A stretch of 58,992 nt of DNA, the filler included. It is 7 parts of 7 records of this genome, joined end to end, with 100 filler letters (N's around TTAATTAATTAA, not from the genome) between each part and the next. Parts side by side here need not be neighbours in the genome. Positions count along the whole stretch, not along the records: positions 21,276 to 26,865 come from SRR31147125_27229; positions 26,966 to 37,665 come from SRR31147125_27252; 5 more parts are not named here. One strand, written 5' to 3'. Below the pieces are notes generated by a model. The model was not told the DNA's origin. It ran no database searches and saw only the letters and a list, made by a program, of their open reading frames with translations. The position numbers and the translations under genes are program-made. Shown here piece by piece: positions 21,513 to 33,484 of the stretch; within the stretch, counting starts at the first letter, position 1; every line of letters starts with the position of its first letter.

Positions 21513-22625
21513 GTGACAACAAAACCGAAAATACTACAAGTCGTTTTAGACTTACAATATGTTGGAGAAAAGATAGTCGCAGATTTAGCTCGCAAACTGA
21601 CCGACAGCTATGATGTCAGTTTTTGCTGCCTTGATAGGATTGGCCTTTTAGGGGAGGATCTCCAAAACGAAGGATTTGATGTTTTTGCCTTAGGTAGAAT
21701 ACCAGGTGTAGACCTGACCTTACCTTTCAAAATTGCAAATCTTGCGTATAGAAATAAAATTGATCTCATTCAGGCCCATCATTATACCCCATTTTTCTAT
21801 TCCGCACTCGCTCGGTTTATCTATTACAAGCCTAAATTAATCTTTACCGAGCATGGAAGAGATTTTCCCGACAAGGTAAAAGTTTCAAGACAAATGGTAA
21901 ATCGACTTCTTGATTTAGCCACCGACAAAATTACAAGTGTTTGCGATAATACTAAAATCGGGATTATCAACAATGAAAAATTGCCGGGCTATAAAATTCA
22001 AACCATCTACAACGGTATCCACACCCCGGATACAAATGCTTTATCACCCGACAGCAGCTGCCAGCATGTTCTGGACTGGATCGGGTCTTCGACCAACGTC
22101 TTTGGATTTCTAGCAAGACTTGAATGGATAAAAAATCCGGAATTGCTGATAAAAGGCTTTGCTAAAGCATGTCAAAGCAATCCCTCCATTAAACTTGTTA
22201 TTATGGGTAAAGGGCCTCTTCTCGATTCTTTGGAAGAACTATGTGAGAACTACCAAATAACACACCAAGTATATTTTGCAGGACTGGTAAAAAAACCAAT
22301 GCCGATCCTTCCAAAGCTACGGGCACTAATCGTGACTTCATTGAGCGAAGCGGCATCCCTTTCCATTTTAGAGGCAATGATGTGCGGAATCCCAGTGATT
22401 GCGACTGACGTAGGTGGCAACTCAGAACTCGTTCATGATCAGATCTCAGGCTTCCTTTTTAAGTCCGGAGACGATGAGGGCTTGTGTCAGGCCATAAGCA
22501 AACTAGCAGTCAACAATAATCTTAAAAGCTTTTTAGGATCCAATGCCAAAGAAATCGCCAGAGAGAAGTTTTCAATTGCACCTATGGTTTCGGATTATAA
22601 AGACATGTACTCAGAGTTGTTGTAA
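21513..22625 (+). CDS. Glycosyltransferase family 4
   Basis: IFTEHG, IYNGI, ARLEWIKN, SLSEAASLSILEAMMCGIPVIATDVGGNSE. Confidence 0.92.
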   Translation: MTTKPKILQVVLDLQYVGEKIVADLARKLTDSYDVSFCCLDRIGLLGEDLQNEGFDVFALGRIPGVDLTLPFKIANLAYRNKIDLIQAHHYTPFFYSALARFIYYKPKLIFTEHGRDFPDKVKVSRQMVNRLLDLATDKITSVCDNTKIGIINNEKLPGYKIQTIYNGIHTPDTNALSPDSSCQHVLDWIGSSTNVFGFLARLEWIKNPELLIKGFAKACQSNPSIKLVIMGKGPLLDSLEELCENYQITHQVYFAGLVKKPMPILPKLRALIVTSLSEAASLSILEAMMCGIPVIATDVGGNSELVHDQISGFLFKSGDDEGLCQAISKLAVNNNLKSFLGSNAKEIAREKFSIAPMVSDYKDMYSELL

Positions 22626-24763
22626 TTAGCTTTTTTTACCTAGCAATGGCTCAACAATCGCTTTTTCGATGAATTGCTTTTTATCGGAACAAGGCTCCCA
22701 AGCCAGCAATCTTTTGGTTTTTGAGTTATCAAAATCAGCCAAGATACTTCGATTTTTTAGGTCACGATAACTCAATAAGGTGCCATGATGTGATCGCCCA
22801 ATAAATTTTATCGAATACTTTAACACTTCAGACATAAAACAAAGCGGCATCGGATATGGGAAATCAACTATCTTACGCATAGAGTGTTTCCGAAGGTAAT
22901 CAACATACTCCCTTGCTGAGAATCTTACATCCCCAGCCAGATTGAACATTTCACCATCTACCTTTTCCTTTGTTGTAGTAACATTAAAAAGGGCTGAAGA
23001 GACATCTTCCACAAGTACATAAGGCAGGTCATTTCGTCCCCATCCCCAGTAAGCGCACGTATAATCATTTCCCCACTGCCCGATTCCCGGATGGTAAGGG
23101 TTTCCGCCTTTGCCAACAACAATTGCCGGTCTGAAAATTACAACCGGAAGTTTTTCTTCTTTGTGTAATTCTAATAGTAAATTCTCCAAAACCATTTTGG
23201 ATCTGGCATAATAATTTCTCTTTTCAGGCAAAGGATCTATTCCCATTGTTTCATCAACATGAGGATTTTTTAAATTCCCAGTATAATAAGTGGCAATTGT
23301 GCTTGTAAAAATAAATTTCTTTACACCTTCGCTCAAGGCTGCTTCTGTAAGATTCTTTGTGCTCTCAACGTTAATGGTTTTAAAATCATCCCATGTCTGC
23401 CCTAAGGCATGTGCCAGATGGTATACATAATCCACACCAGAGACTGCATTTTTCAAACTTTCCCGGTCATGAAGGTTGCCCTGAAAAACTTCGACAAGAG
23501 GGTGATAGAACAGTTCGGACAACCCTTTTGTACTTCTGACAAATGCCCTGACGGCTATATTTTGATCAATAAAACGCCTAACAAGATCCTTGCCGATAAA
23601 TCCGCCAGCTCCAGTGATAAGAACCTTGGGGGTATCCGGTTTTTTCGAGTTGGGGGTTTCCGAAATCTTATCATTCTTTTTTGGCCCAGCAGCTTCAACC
23701 CATTTTTCACAAAAAGACATTATCCTTTCACCCTCTTCACCTGACACATAGGGTACTCCGGTATCTTGAATGCTGGAATAAAACTTTTCAATGCTGTTCT
23801 TCATTGCCAGGTAAAATCCGTCGCCTTGTTCAATAATCCCCAGTTTAGAAGCAAGATATCTTAAAAACTCCCCCCACTACTCGCAGCAAGCTTTATAAAT
23901 GAGGCGGAACTAACTAGGGGACTCATATAGTCTGGAAACACTGATTTTTTCTGAACCTGATAAATATTTTTCAATAAATCCAAACGAATTTTCCCATCCT
24001 GGCCAGATACCTCAAGGCTATTTTGCAGATAGTAGTCTTTTCCCCAGGAAAAATGAATGTAGGCAGAACCTTTTTCACATTCTGCAACCGCCTGCCACCT
24101 GTCAAAAAATCTTTGATTATAGCCTAATGTCCTTTCCCCTTCTATGGTAGCAGATATTTTTTTTAATCCACCTAGCAAATCCATAACTTGTGCGACAGGA
24201 TGCGGTCCCTGTTCCAATAAAATATTTTCAGGTTTTTGAAACATCCAATGTGAAAAAACTTCAAAATCAAGTTGGCCAAGGGGGCCGCTCTGAAAACCCA
24301 CAACCTGATGAACATTGCCGATAATTTTCTTTTCAAGGTCTTTCTTCAATTTTAAAAACAGTGGATGAGTTAACGAGTTTTGATTAATCCCTATCACTGC
24401 ATTGTTTTTCTGGGCAATTTCATTTAATATTCTGCACTCTTCGGCTGTTTCAGCCATGGGCTTTTCCAGAAACAAGCCGGCACCGCTTTCTAAAACCTGT
24501 TTTGCAATGGAAAAATGAAAATTCGGTGGGACAAGGACATGAACAATATCAAATTTATTCTCTTCCAAAAACAGATCAATTGAGCCATATGCTTTAGGGA
24601 TATTGAACTGTTGTTTTAATGATTTTGCTCTTTCAATGCTCTGATCACAGATTGCCTTGACATGTACTCTCTTTATCTTTTTTAATACCTGCAAATGAAA
24701 CTGAGCGATATATCCGGCTCCGATCAACCCAACTGATAACTTTGTATTTTTCCCGCTCTTCAT
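22626..24763 (-). CDS. Gfo/Idh/MocA oxidoreductase fused to an NAD-dependent epimerase/dehydratase, frameshift at 23863-23875
   Basis: GLIGAGYIA and EKPM in the 5' ORF; the shifted frame FLRYLASKLGIIEQGDGFYLA runs into the 3' ORF with ITGAGGFIG, YARSK and FRPAIVVG. Confidence 0.85.
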
Positions 24764-24793
24764 CAAGCCCTCTTTCTCTATATCGTATTAATA

Positions 24794-25792
24794 TTAAATA
24801 AATTTATCCCTAATTTGTTCAACCCCTCTTTTAATAGACAATAATGGAGGGGGCACCGAAAAATTATGAACAGATTCGTGTATCGTCTTTACAAGAACGT
24901 CCTCTGAAAGACCACCAAACACGGCCACGTTGAAAAAATCCGGATGTGTTGCCAAAAAACGGCATAGCTTCTTAAAACGCCGGATAACCACTGTCCTAGG
25001 TTTTACCCGACGGTATTGAGCATCATAGTTTTTTATAAAACTAAAGGAATGAAGCATAATGGTAATATTTCGGGGAGAATTTTCCGATGAAGATTCGAGA
25101 ATGAATTTCATTTCATGGTAATCTGACCCGTTAATATCCATCGGCACAGATCTTATCGGGCGCAGATAGGACTGTTCAGAAAAATTTGTTATCGGGAATT
25201 CATATACGCCTTGACTTATGTGAAGATCGTTTTTTTCCGTTCGAGGTAGTAGACAGGTTTGATCACAAAAGGCCAAATTATAGGAGCTATCGATTAGAAA
25301 ACCCAGTTCAAACAAAACTTTCAGGGTATTCACATCAGCACCGTAGCTGCCAGCTCGGAATGCATTCAGTCTGTCAACACCATAACTGGTCAACATTTCC
25401 TTTCCCTGCTCAATCAACTCTTTCTGAAATTCGGTGGGATATTGACCAATTAAATCCGAATAATGCAGATCAGATGGCCTGTCCAGCTGGAAATTCAAGT
25501 AGCACGGATGCAGATGGAGCTGGATGTCGTGCCCCCGATGCAGAATATAGTCGCAAACTTTCTTAGTTTCGTCCTTGCCAAAATAGATATGATTCAAAGT
25601 TTCTACAAAAAACGTGATCTTTAGACCGTAGTGCTCCGCGATATCCATAATCATAGGAATACCGTAGCTGGTTTTCCCAATTTCGCCGAAAATTCTTTTT
25701 TCATTTCCTACAGGCTTGAGCTTAGGATTGGAAAATGCACCCCCGACACTGAGCTCGGTGTCAACCGTGAGGAATATATTGACTTTACTCAA
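24794..25792 (-). CDS. Polysaccharide deacetylase-family protein
   Basis: FLTVDTE, ITFFVE, HDIQLHLHP, FRAGSY, DSS, MLHS. Confidence 0.85.
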   Translation of the reverse strand: MSKVNIFLTVDTELSVGGAFSNPKLKPVGNEKRIFGEIGKTSYGIPMIMDIAEHYGLKITFFVETLNHIYFGKDETKKVCDYILHRGHDIQLHLHPCYLNFQLDRPSDLHYSDLIGQYPTEFQKELIEQGKEMLTSYGVDRLNAFRAGSYGADVNTLKVLFELGFLIDSSYNLAFCDQTCLLPRTEKNDLHISQGVYEFPITNFSEQSYLRPIRSVPMDINGSDYHEMKFILESSSENSPRNITIMLHSFSFIKNYDAQYRRVKPRTVVIRRFKKLCRFLATHPDFFNVAVFGGLSEDVLVKTIHESVHNFSVPPPLLSIKRGVEQIRDKFI

Positions 25793-26865
25793 TCAACCGG
25801 CCCTTTACACTCTACTCCATCCAGACACGGAAAAAGATTTTTTTGAATCCTGTCCCATGAGTAAAGTTGGCATGCTTTAAAGCCGTTTTGAGTCAGCCTT
25901 TTGGCCACACCAGGTGAGTTTAGCAGAAACAGTGCCTTTTCCGCTAATAATTCAGGGTTGTTCCGGGGTACAAGCAGGCCTGAGACACTATCCTCCACAA
26001 GATACGGGATTCCTCCGGCATCACTTGTAACCACCGGTATTCCGGAGGCAAAGGCCTCTAGTATGACACCTGGCAAATTGTCCACGTTTGAACTATTGAG
26101 CATGATATCATACTGTGAATATAATTTGGGGATAAGATGATGGTCCACTTGCCCATGAAAGACAACAGCCCCTTTCAATCCAAGGGTTTCTACCATTTTC
26201 TCAAGCTCAGATCGCAAACTCCCATCGCCAACAATTCCAAGCACTGCAGCTGCATGCCTTTTTTTATTATCTGAAACGCTTTCAGGGCACATCCGACATT
26301 GTAAATCGGTTCCAGATTACGTGCTATGATGAATCTGGGAGTCAACTCAGTCCGTTCCACATAAGAGAATTGATCCAAATCGGCAATATTTCTGACAATG
26401 ACAGCATCAATGTCAAAGGCGTCTTTAAACACCTTCCTCAGAAACTCGGATGGGACCGTAATAAAGTCAATGCAGTTAATGATAGGCAGCAAAAAGCACC
26501 TATAGTATTTAAAAAATTCACCGGCACCGCCACCCCTGGCATTCAGAATGACTCGCTTGCCTTTTAGTTTAATCAACAATAAAGCAGGCAGCGTAATCCA
26601 AAAAAGTTGAAAAATCCGCTCAGGATATATACACATTCGGCTTGTCTACTTTTAGAATTTAAATCCATTAGAACCAGAAGCGTGTTTAGAATCGTCCGGA
26701 TAAAAGGGATTTTTTTACCCATGCCAACGACGAGGGAAAGTCAGCATTAGTTTTGACCATTGCGACGTCATAATAGTTTTGGGCCAGCCGTTTACACAAT
26801 TTTTCAGCTTGGACCGCCATCCCCCCAAAGGGCGGGGGAAAAGGAGAAACAACAACAATTTTTTT
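25789..26865 (-). CDS. Glycosyltransferase family 4, 5' truncated, three homopolymer frameshifts (26710-26716, 26600-26605, 26259-26265)
   Basis: VVSPFPPPFGGMA, RGGGAGEF, ARNLEPIYN, DNLPGVILEAFASGIPVVTSDAGG. Confidence 0.88.
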
Positions 26866-26965
26866 NNNNNNNNNNNNNNNNNNNNNNNNNNNNNNNNNNN
26901 NNNNNNNNNTTAATTAATTAANNNNNNNNNNNNNNNNNNNNNNNNNNNNNNNNNNNNNNNNNNNN
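26866..26965. other. Artificial contig-joining linker
   Basis: N44-TTAATTAATTAA-N44. Confidence 0.98.
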
Positions 26966-29900
26966 TTTTTTTGCCATTCAATACCCTTTTCCCACAAACT
27001 TCCGTTTACAGCACTCTCCAGAATGCGTTGAGAAAGTAAATCACTGCTCTGCTCATCCCCTTTTTTCATGGCCATATAATAGGCTTGCTCATAAAATCGA
27101 ATTGCATCCTGCCATTCTCCGAGATCATAAGCACTGTGACCTCTTCGAACTTTTCCCTCAAATCCCTCAACAGCATATTGGCGAGACTCTTTTTCGGTCA
27201 TTCCACCAAACCCGAATAATTGTAATCCAACCCAAAGCGCCGGAGATTCACCGTTTTTAAACATCTCCCGTTGCGTTTCAGAAAAGGCAATAGCCGCAGG
27301 CATAGAGCGTTTTTTTTCATAGAAAAGAGAGTAAAATGTCGAATGATCCTCATTGCCAGTGTATTGTAAGGGAAGCAATACGGTTGAAGCACCGGCATAG
27401 AGGAATGCCCGTTCTAAGGTAATAAACAACTCCATGCTTGACGTCGGTGGTACGGCTTCTTTAAAATCGATAGAAACCAAATTGGCGGGAATGGTAATCT
27501 GGTAAAGTTCTGTGGGTCTGAAAATAGCCATTGCTGAACGAAAAACATGATATCCTATTTGCGATAATGCCGGATCATTTGTATTCCAAAGGCCCTGTCC
27601 ACTCAAATGAACAAGATCGGACATGCCTAATGCGGACGCTTGTACAGAAAAACTGTTATCACGACTTCCGGAAACAGGCGAAATGATATTATAACCGGTC
27701 GTTGCTAATGAGCTCGCCAGATCTTTGTTCTCAGCAAGATAAACGTTGGTTCCCTGTAATTTACGATTTTGAAAACCGTAATAATAACCGGTCAAACTGG
27801 TACTGACAACACAGGAGGTTTTGTTTTCCGTAATACCAGCAACCTGTAACATGGCAGACCAGGGTATAGTGAAAAGTTCACCATCAGGAATGATAACGAG
27901 ATTTTTAATATTTATTTTAAGGCTATCCAATGATGGTAACAATGTTCGTGCGATTTCTACAGTCTCTACCTGATTGGAATATAATGACTTTAATAATTTT
28001 TCTTTTTCCTGAATAAAATCCTGTTTTGATAATGGCAAAATGTGTAAATCCAGATTAGTGGTAGTCAGAGTCCACAAAAGTAAAGTCATCTGACATAAAA
28101 TAGTATAAAATTGCCTCATTATTACGCAGATTTTTTTGCACATCCTGTTGATGCACCGTTGTCACCTGAACCAACGCTTCAAGCTCCGGGACTTCTTGTT
28201 TGATATTATTCAAAATTTCGTCATATTCGGCCTGGTAGGTTTTTAGCTCTTTTCGCCATGTAGCAATTTGACGTGCCGGTATACTAATTTCATACTTTGA
28301 TCTTAAAAGATTAATCTCCAGTTCATTTATTCTATCTCGGACAAATTTTGCATTATTATAAAACAGCTTGTGTCTTTGTTTACGTAATTCAATAGGCTGA
28401 TGGCTCATCAAGTCGTAAAATAATTTAGAGCGCAGTCTTTCAGCAAACGCCAGGCTGCCGTTTTTATCTCCTTTTGCGATAAATACCTTACGATTTCCCG
28501 GTACGGTGCCAGATGCGCCAATCGTATTTGAGCTGAGGTTGCATCCGATTTCTCAGAGGGATGCGCTTCCAATACCTGGATGCTCTCCAAAAAATACTCC
28601 AGGGCATCACGTTGTACAAGTAAATCTCTTTTTGTTTCGCTATCAAGCCCGGCAACTAAATGACCCAAATCATTATTAACCCGCCAAAGAATATCATAAT
28701 ATCCATATCTTAGAGAAATCCGGCGCGATTCCGTAAAGGCATTAAATGCTCTTGCTAAATCCTGTATGGCGAGCCCTAAGGTCCCTTCGATATAATAAGC
28801 CGAGCATAATTCTAAATTCAGTTTTTCCCGTTTGCCTATAAATATCGCCTCTACTAATAAACTTTCAGCCAGCGAGGCTTTTTCCAGAGTGCGTATAGAT
28901 GCAAATACATCACTCTGAACACTCTCCGGAGATTTATTGTCCGTATTGATAATATTCAGTTCCGCCAGCCGTAATAACAGACGACAATAATCCTGATCCA
29001 TATTCAGATCTTTAATGACGGTCAAAGCTCGATTTACCTTTTCCGCGGCAACAGGTAAATATTGCAGGAGAATTCTGTTTAATTCTTCCCGGTCCGGACG
29101 TACCTCCTGAATCTCGGTCTGACTCAAATTAATAACGATCTGGGACAAGCTGAATGTATTTTTCAATAGTCCGGAATAAATTTTCTTTTCTTCGCAAATG
29201 TCCAGAGAGGCATTATAGTTATTCCAGGCAGAAACAAAATCGCCCTTTAGATAATAGAGATAACCGATGTTATTTAAAAAAGCGGCAACAGCCTGATCAT
29301 CCTTTCTTTTTCTGAAAATCTCTAATTTCTGTTCAAAAAATTGAACGGCTTTGTCATAGTCTTTTTCTTCTTTGAAACTTTTCCCCAAAATCGTATAAAC
29401 AAATGCCCACTCATCATCTGTCGTAAATCCCGTAGCTGAAGCTGAACCCATTGTTTCGAGGCTAAAAAACGGAAGTGGAAAATAAAGTCCGAGAAATCCG
29501 ATTTTTATTCTGTTGGCACCTTGCTTATAACCCTGGGCCTTTCCGCTTTCAAGTAACTCGAGAGCGCGCTGAGAATATAACACAGCGTCTTTGGGTTCAC
29601 CCAGCAGATAATAATTATACGCAATGCTGCGGTAGCTTCGCATGAGATCAGAATCATAATTATTTTTCTTCTCAATGCTCGCTGTTTTTTGATAAAGATC
29701 AATCGCTTCGTGGTTTTGATCACCCATCTCATACAGCAGCGCCAATCTTTTCGTATTGATAAGTATCATGGACTCATTTTCTAATTCCTGATTAAGCTTT
29801 ATGGCGTGCTGCAGGTACGCCGGACCACGCTCGAGGTCCTTAACGACCAGCGCACAATGGCCTATCCGGCTGTAAATGAGTGCCTCGCGCTCCTTATCGA

Positions 29901-32760
29901 CAAAAGAAGAGTCATACTTTAGTTTCACTTGAAAATACTCAAAAGCCTTCTCATAACCAAATTCACCCAGGTTATAATAGTTGTTAGCTAAATTAAGTGC
30001 CAGGCTAGCTTCAAGGCCAGGGTCCTCTTCTGCATCATTTAGACCAATCGCCTTGGTTAACTCGTGAATGGCCCGTTCATAATATCTGGGCGGCTTGGAC
30101 TTTTTATGAAAGGTAACTGTGTGATAAATCCAGACAAGAGGAGCTGTAACCGTTTCCACGGCTTTTCTGTAAAATTTCTTGGGTTTGGCTCGTTGCCGGG
30201 CTTGATAATTTTCCATCATTTCATAATTATAGCTGATCGTCAGGTAGGCCTGAATCAGTGTATAATCATAGGAAAGAGCCAGAGCAATAAGATTGCTGGA
30301 TCTCATTAATGATTCCGGATCCAAACCATCCGGATCACCATACAGATCTGCTTTTTCAGTCCCCTTGTATGAATACGCCAATCCAAGTGCGTATATAATA
30401 ATATTATCCTTTGAATTCAGTTGAAAGAGTTGTTCATACTCTATTATAACCTGATCCGTTTTCTGCAGAAAATACATACACTCTATATAGCCTCGATGCG
30501 CGGCAACACTCCTCTGATCCATTTTCTTGGCTTTAATGTACCACGATACTGCGAGAGCAAAATCACCATTCCGTTTTAGTTCGTCGCCAGTGCCAAGCAA
30601 CGAATTTAATAGTTCAATATGCGCTATATCCGCCAAATCAGGACGAATATCGCGATATTGTGCCTCTAATTTTTCAAGTAGATTAAATGCCCGCAGGTTT
30701 TCTCCTAACTTGAGTAAAGTACGGGTTTGGCTCATCTGAGAAGTAAAAACCTCATCAACAAGATTCGGATATAATTTTTCAACTAACTCAAACTCCTCAA
30801 GTGCCGCATCATTGTCACCAGCCTTGAATAATATATCGCCAATTTCTAATTGGGCTGCAGCTGCTAACAGCGAGAATCCTGAATATTGACCTGCAATCTC
30901 TCTGTATCGCTTTAATAAACCGGATTCAGACGTTATTCCTTCGGTTAATAATGCAAGTATGCGGTTACGCGCCGGGATCATCCACTGGCGTTGTTCAGGA
31001 TAATTTTTTACTACCTCGAGATATGCATTTACAACTTCATCTTTAGTTGCAAATTCTTTAAAAACGTCGCCAATTTTCAACTGACTTTCCGCACATATGT
31101 CTCGTTCTTGTGGAAAATTTTTAAGTACCTTGCTATATTCCGTAAAAGCCCGGGTATATTCTCTCTTTCTATACAACAGATCTCCAATGGATATTTGCCC
31201 TGCCGCACCAGGTTCCGACTGATCCTGATAGAGATTAACAATGTTGGTCAGCCCATTGATGAGATATCCATATTTTTCTTCACCTTTCTTTTTCCTTGAT
31301 CTCATGCCAAGAAAAGCCATCTCTGCATAAGCACGCACAGTTCTGTTATCCGGATAATTATCCAGCAACATCTCATAATAGATTTTTGCCTGGTCTTCAT
31401 ATCCAAGCAATTGGAAACAAACTGCCATCTCATATAAAGATTCAGATAATCTGGATGATTGCGGGCCGTAAAAGTCCATAATTCTGTGAAATGCCAGTGC
31501 CCGATCCCATGCTACTTTTCTTTCACTCTCTTTGATTTTTGCAGGATCCCAATCCAGAAACAACGGACCAAGTGTTTGGCGGCTCATATTATCAGGCAAA
31601 GGGTAGGCGCTATTCGCCAAATGAAACTGCTCATCCACATTTTCCCTTTTGGGAATATGACCCTGCCCGTCAAAACTCCAGATATCAAGATTACCACCAC
31701 GATCCGAGGTGAAATAGATTCGATCATCTGCACCCTGCCAGGGCTGCATGGCATTCTCCGCTCCGGCTGTCATTGGCATGGCATAACGGACCATCCTCAA
31801 ATTAAAAGATAAATTCAATCGATCCTGTATTGGATCTCCTTTTATTACATCAGGTCCAGGACTCTCATTTACATCAGCAGCCCACACCATTCCCTCATCT
31901 GCCGGAGAAATAATATGATCCTTATTTGTATCAAAAGCATAACGCAGAAAAAGGAGTCTTTTCGCATCCAAAGACCAGCTGGGGAACCCATCTATATTTG
32001 AACCTGTTGTAACACGCCACATGTGAGGCTCTCGTGGATCCCAGAAACGTAAATCCATCTCATCAGAGGGTTTTGGGCCTTTGAGATTTATCATCCAAAT
32101 ATCACCATTGTTCTCTTCCTCTGCTCTAAATGAGGTAAAGGCAATAAAGCGTAAATCAGGGCTCCAGCAGGGGTGTGTTCCTCCCAGAAAAGTCAATTGT
32201 GTTGTGTTACCGGTATTATCATTGTGAAACCATATTTCGTCTCTGCCAGTGCGATCCGATACCCACGCTACTTTTTTAGCATCAGGTGATACCGTTGGAT
32301 AACCGTCATATCCGGTGTATTTTGTAAATTGTTCCGGATCCCCCTTGGGATACAAACGTCCTTTCTGCTCATAAAGTTTTATTTTCCATATATCGCCAGC
32401 CGCATCACTTCTTTGCGAAACAAAAGCGAGCGTCCTGTTATTGGGGAACCATGCGGGGTAAAAATCATCGGATTTATGAAAGGTTATCTGCTGTGATCGC
32501 CCACCTGATGTGCTTCGTATCCAGATATCATAATTACCTGCCTGCCTTGTTATATAGGCCATCCATTTACCATCTGGCGATATGCGTGGACTCAAATCAA
32601 TATCCGGATGTGTCGTAACCTGCCGATAATCGAGCGACTTTTTGGCTGCAACCTGATCTTCTGTTTGAGCCATGGCACCATTTCCTGTAAAATCAGGAAA
32701 CACACTATAACAAAATAGCATTAACAGGGAAAAGAAATATGTGGTATAAGTTTTGAGCAT
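26966..32760 (-). CDS. Giant exported protein (>1900 aa): PD40/TolB-like propeller, TPR array, degenerate CHAT domain, further TPRs; 3' truncated; frameshifts near 28470 and 28080
   Basis: Signal peptide; repeats PRISPDGKWMAY, PAWFPNNRTLAF, PTVSPDAKKVAW, PCWSPDLRFIAF, FTSDRGGNLDIW; many TPRs; reconstructed AERLRSKLFYDLM linker; LVIIPDGELFTIPW, AFLYAGASTVL, WVGLQLFG. Confidence 0.85.
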
Positions 32761-32819
32761 ATTTTAAATAGTAAAGTTTATGGTAAATAGATTTTCAACT
32801 GTTTACAGGTAATATAAGC

Positions 32820-33374
32820 CTATTTTTCCTTCCACGTTCCATCATCTTGCTGAATCATTGTACCAGGTTCGGAATTATCATAATTCAATTTTGCAAATAT
32901 TTCATAGACCTTGTCACCCGCTTCAGAGGCTGACGAATTTACAGCTATGACTCTTTCATATATGATAAGCCGATCATCATTCTCGACCTGAACTAATTCA
33001 TCCACAAGTCGCCGATAATTTTCTTCCTCCTCATACCGGCTTGTTGGCAAAATTTGTAAAAAACCCTTCAAATCTTCACCAATGGCTTTGTCCTTTTTTA
33101 ATTCGTCTATTTCATCCTTGTTAAACTTGCGGTTCCTGACCGCTTCAAGAACCCTTCGTTTGTGGTCAGACATGGTCGAGGAATGAGTCCCGCCAATCGC
33201 CCGGGTTGAAGCGATGACCCACGTTTCACTTTCAATTTGCTCAAAAGTGCCCAAAACCTGGTTTTGTAATGCTGTCTTTTCACCCGTAACATTTATCTCA
33301 GGAGCCTGTATACTACACTGTAATAAAATTACCCCCATAAAAAAGAATAGATAACACATTTTTTTTATATACAT
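32820..33374 (-). CDS. YdbL/DUF1318-family lipoprotein
   Basis: Lipobox-like LLQC; AIGEDLKGFL, VENDDRLIIY, PGTMIQQDDGTWKEK. Confidence 0.8.
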   Translation of the reverse strand: MYIKKMCYLFFFMGVILLQCSIQAPEINVTGEKTALQNQVLGTFEQIESETWVIASTRAIGGTHSSTMSDHKRRVLEAVRNRKFNKDEIDELKKDKAIGEDLKGFLQILPTSRYEEEENYRRLVDELVQVENDDRLIIYERVIAVNSSASEAGDKVYEIFAKLNYDNSEPGTMIQQDDGTWKEK

Positions 33375-33484
33375 ATGGCCTCCGATTGAATTGGGCTATT
33401 ATTTCTGTATTAAATTTAAAAAACGCTCAGCTACTGACGATGGAATTCACCTGAATATATTTTTTCGTATGACTTTGAATTCCA

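Noticed and set aside
26966-32760. TPR-CHAT as a CRISPR-associated (Craspase) or anti-phage caspase
   Set aside because: No cas genes or array are present, the protein has a signal peptide, and the visible CHAT lacks its catalytic dyad
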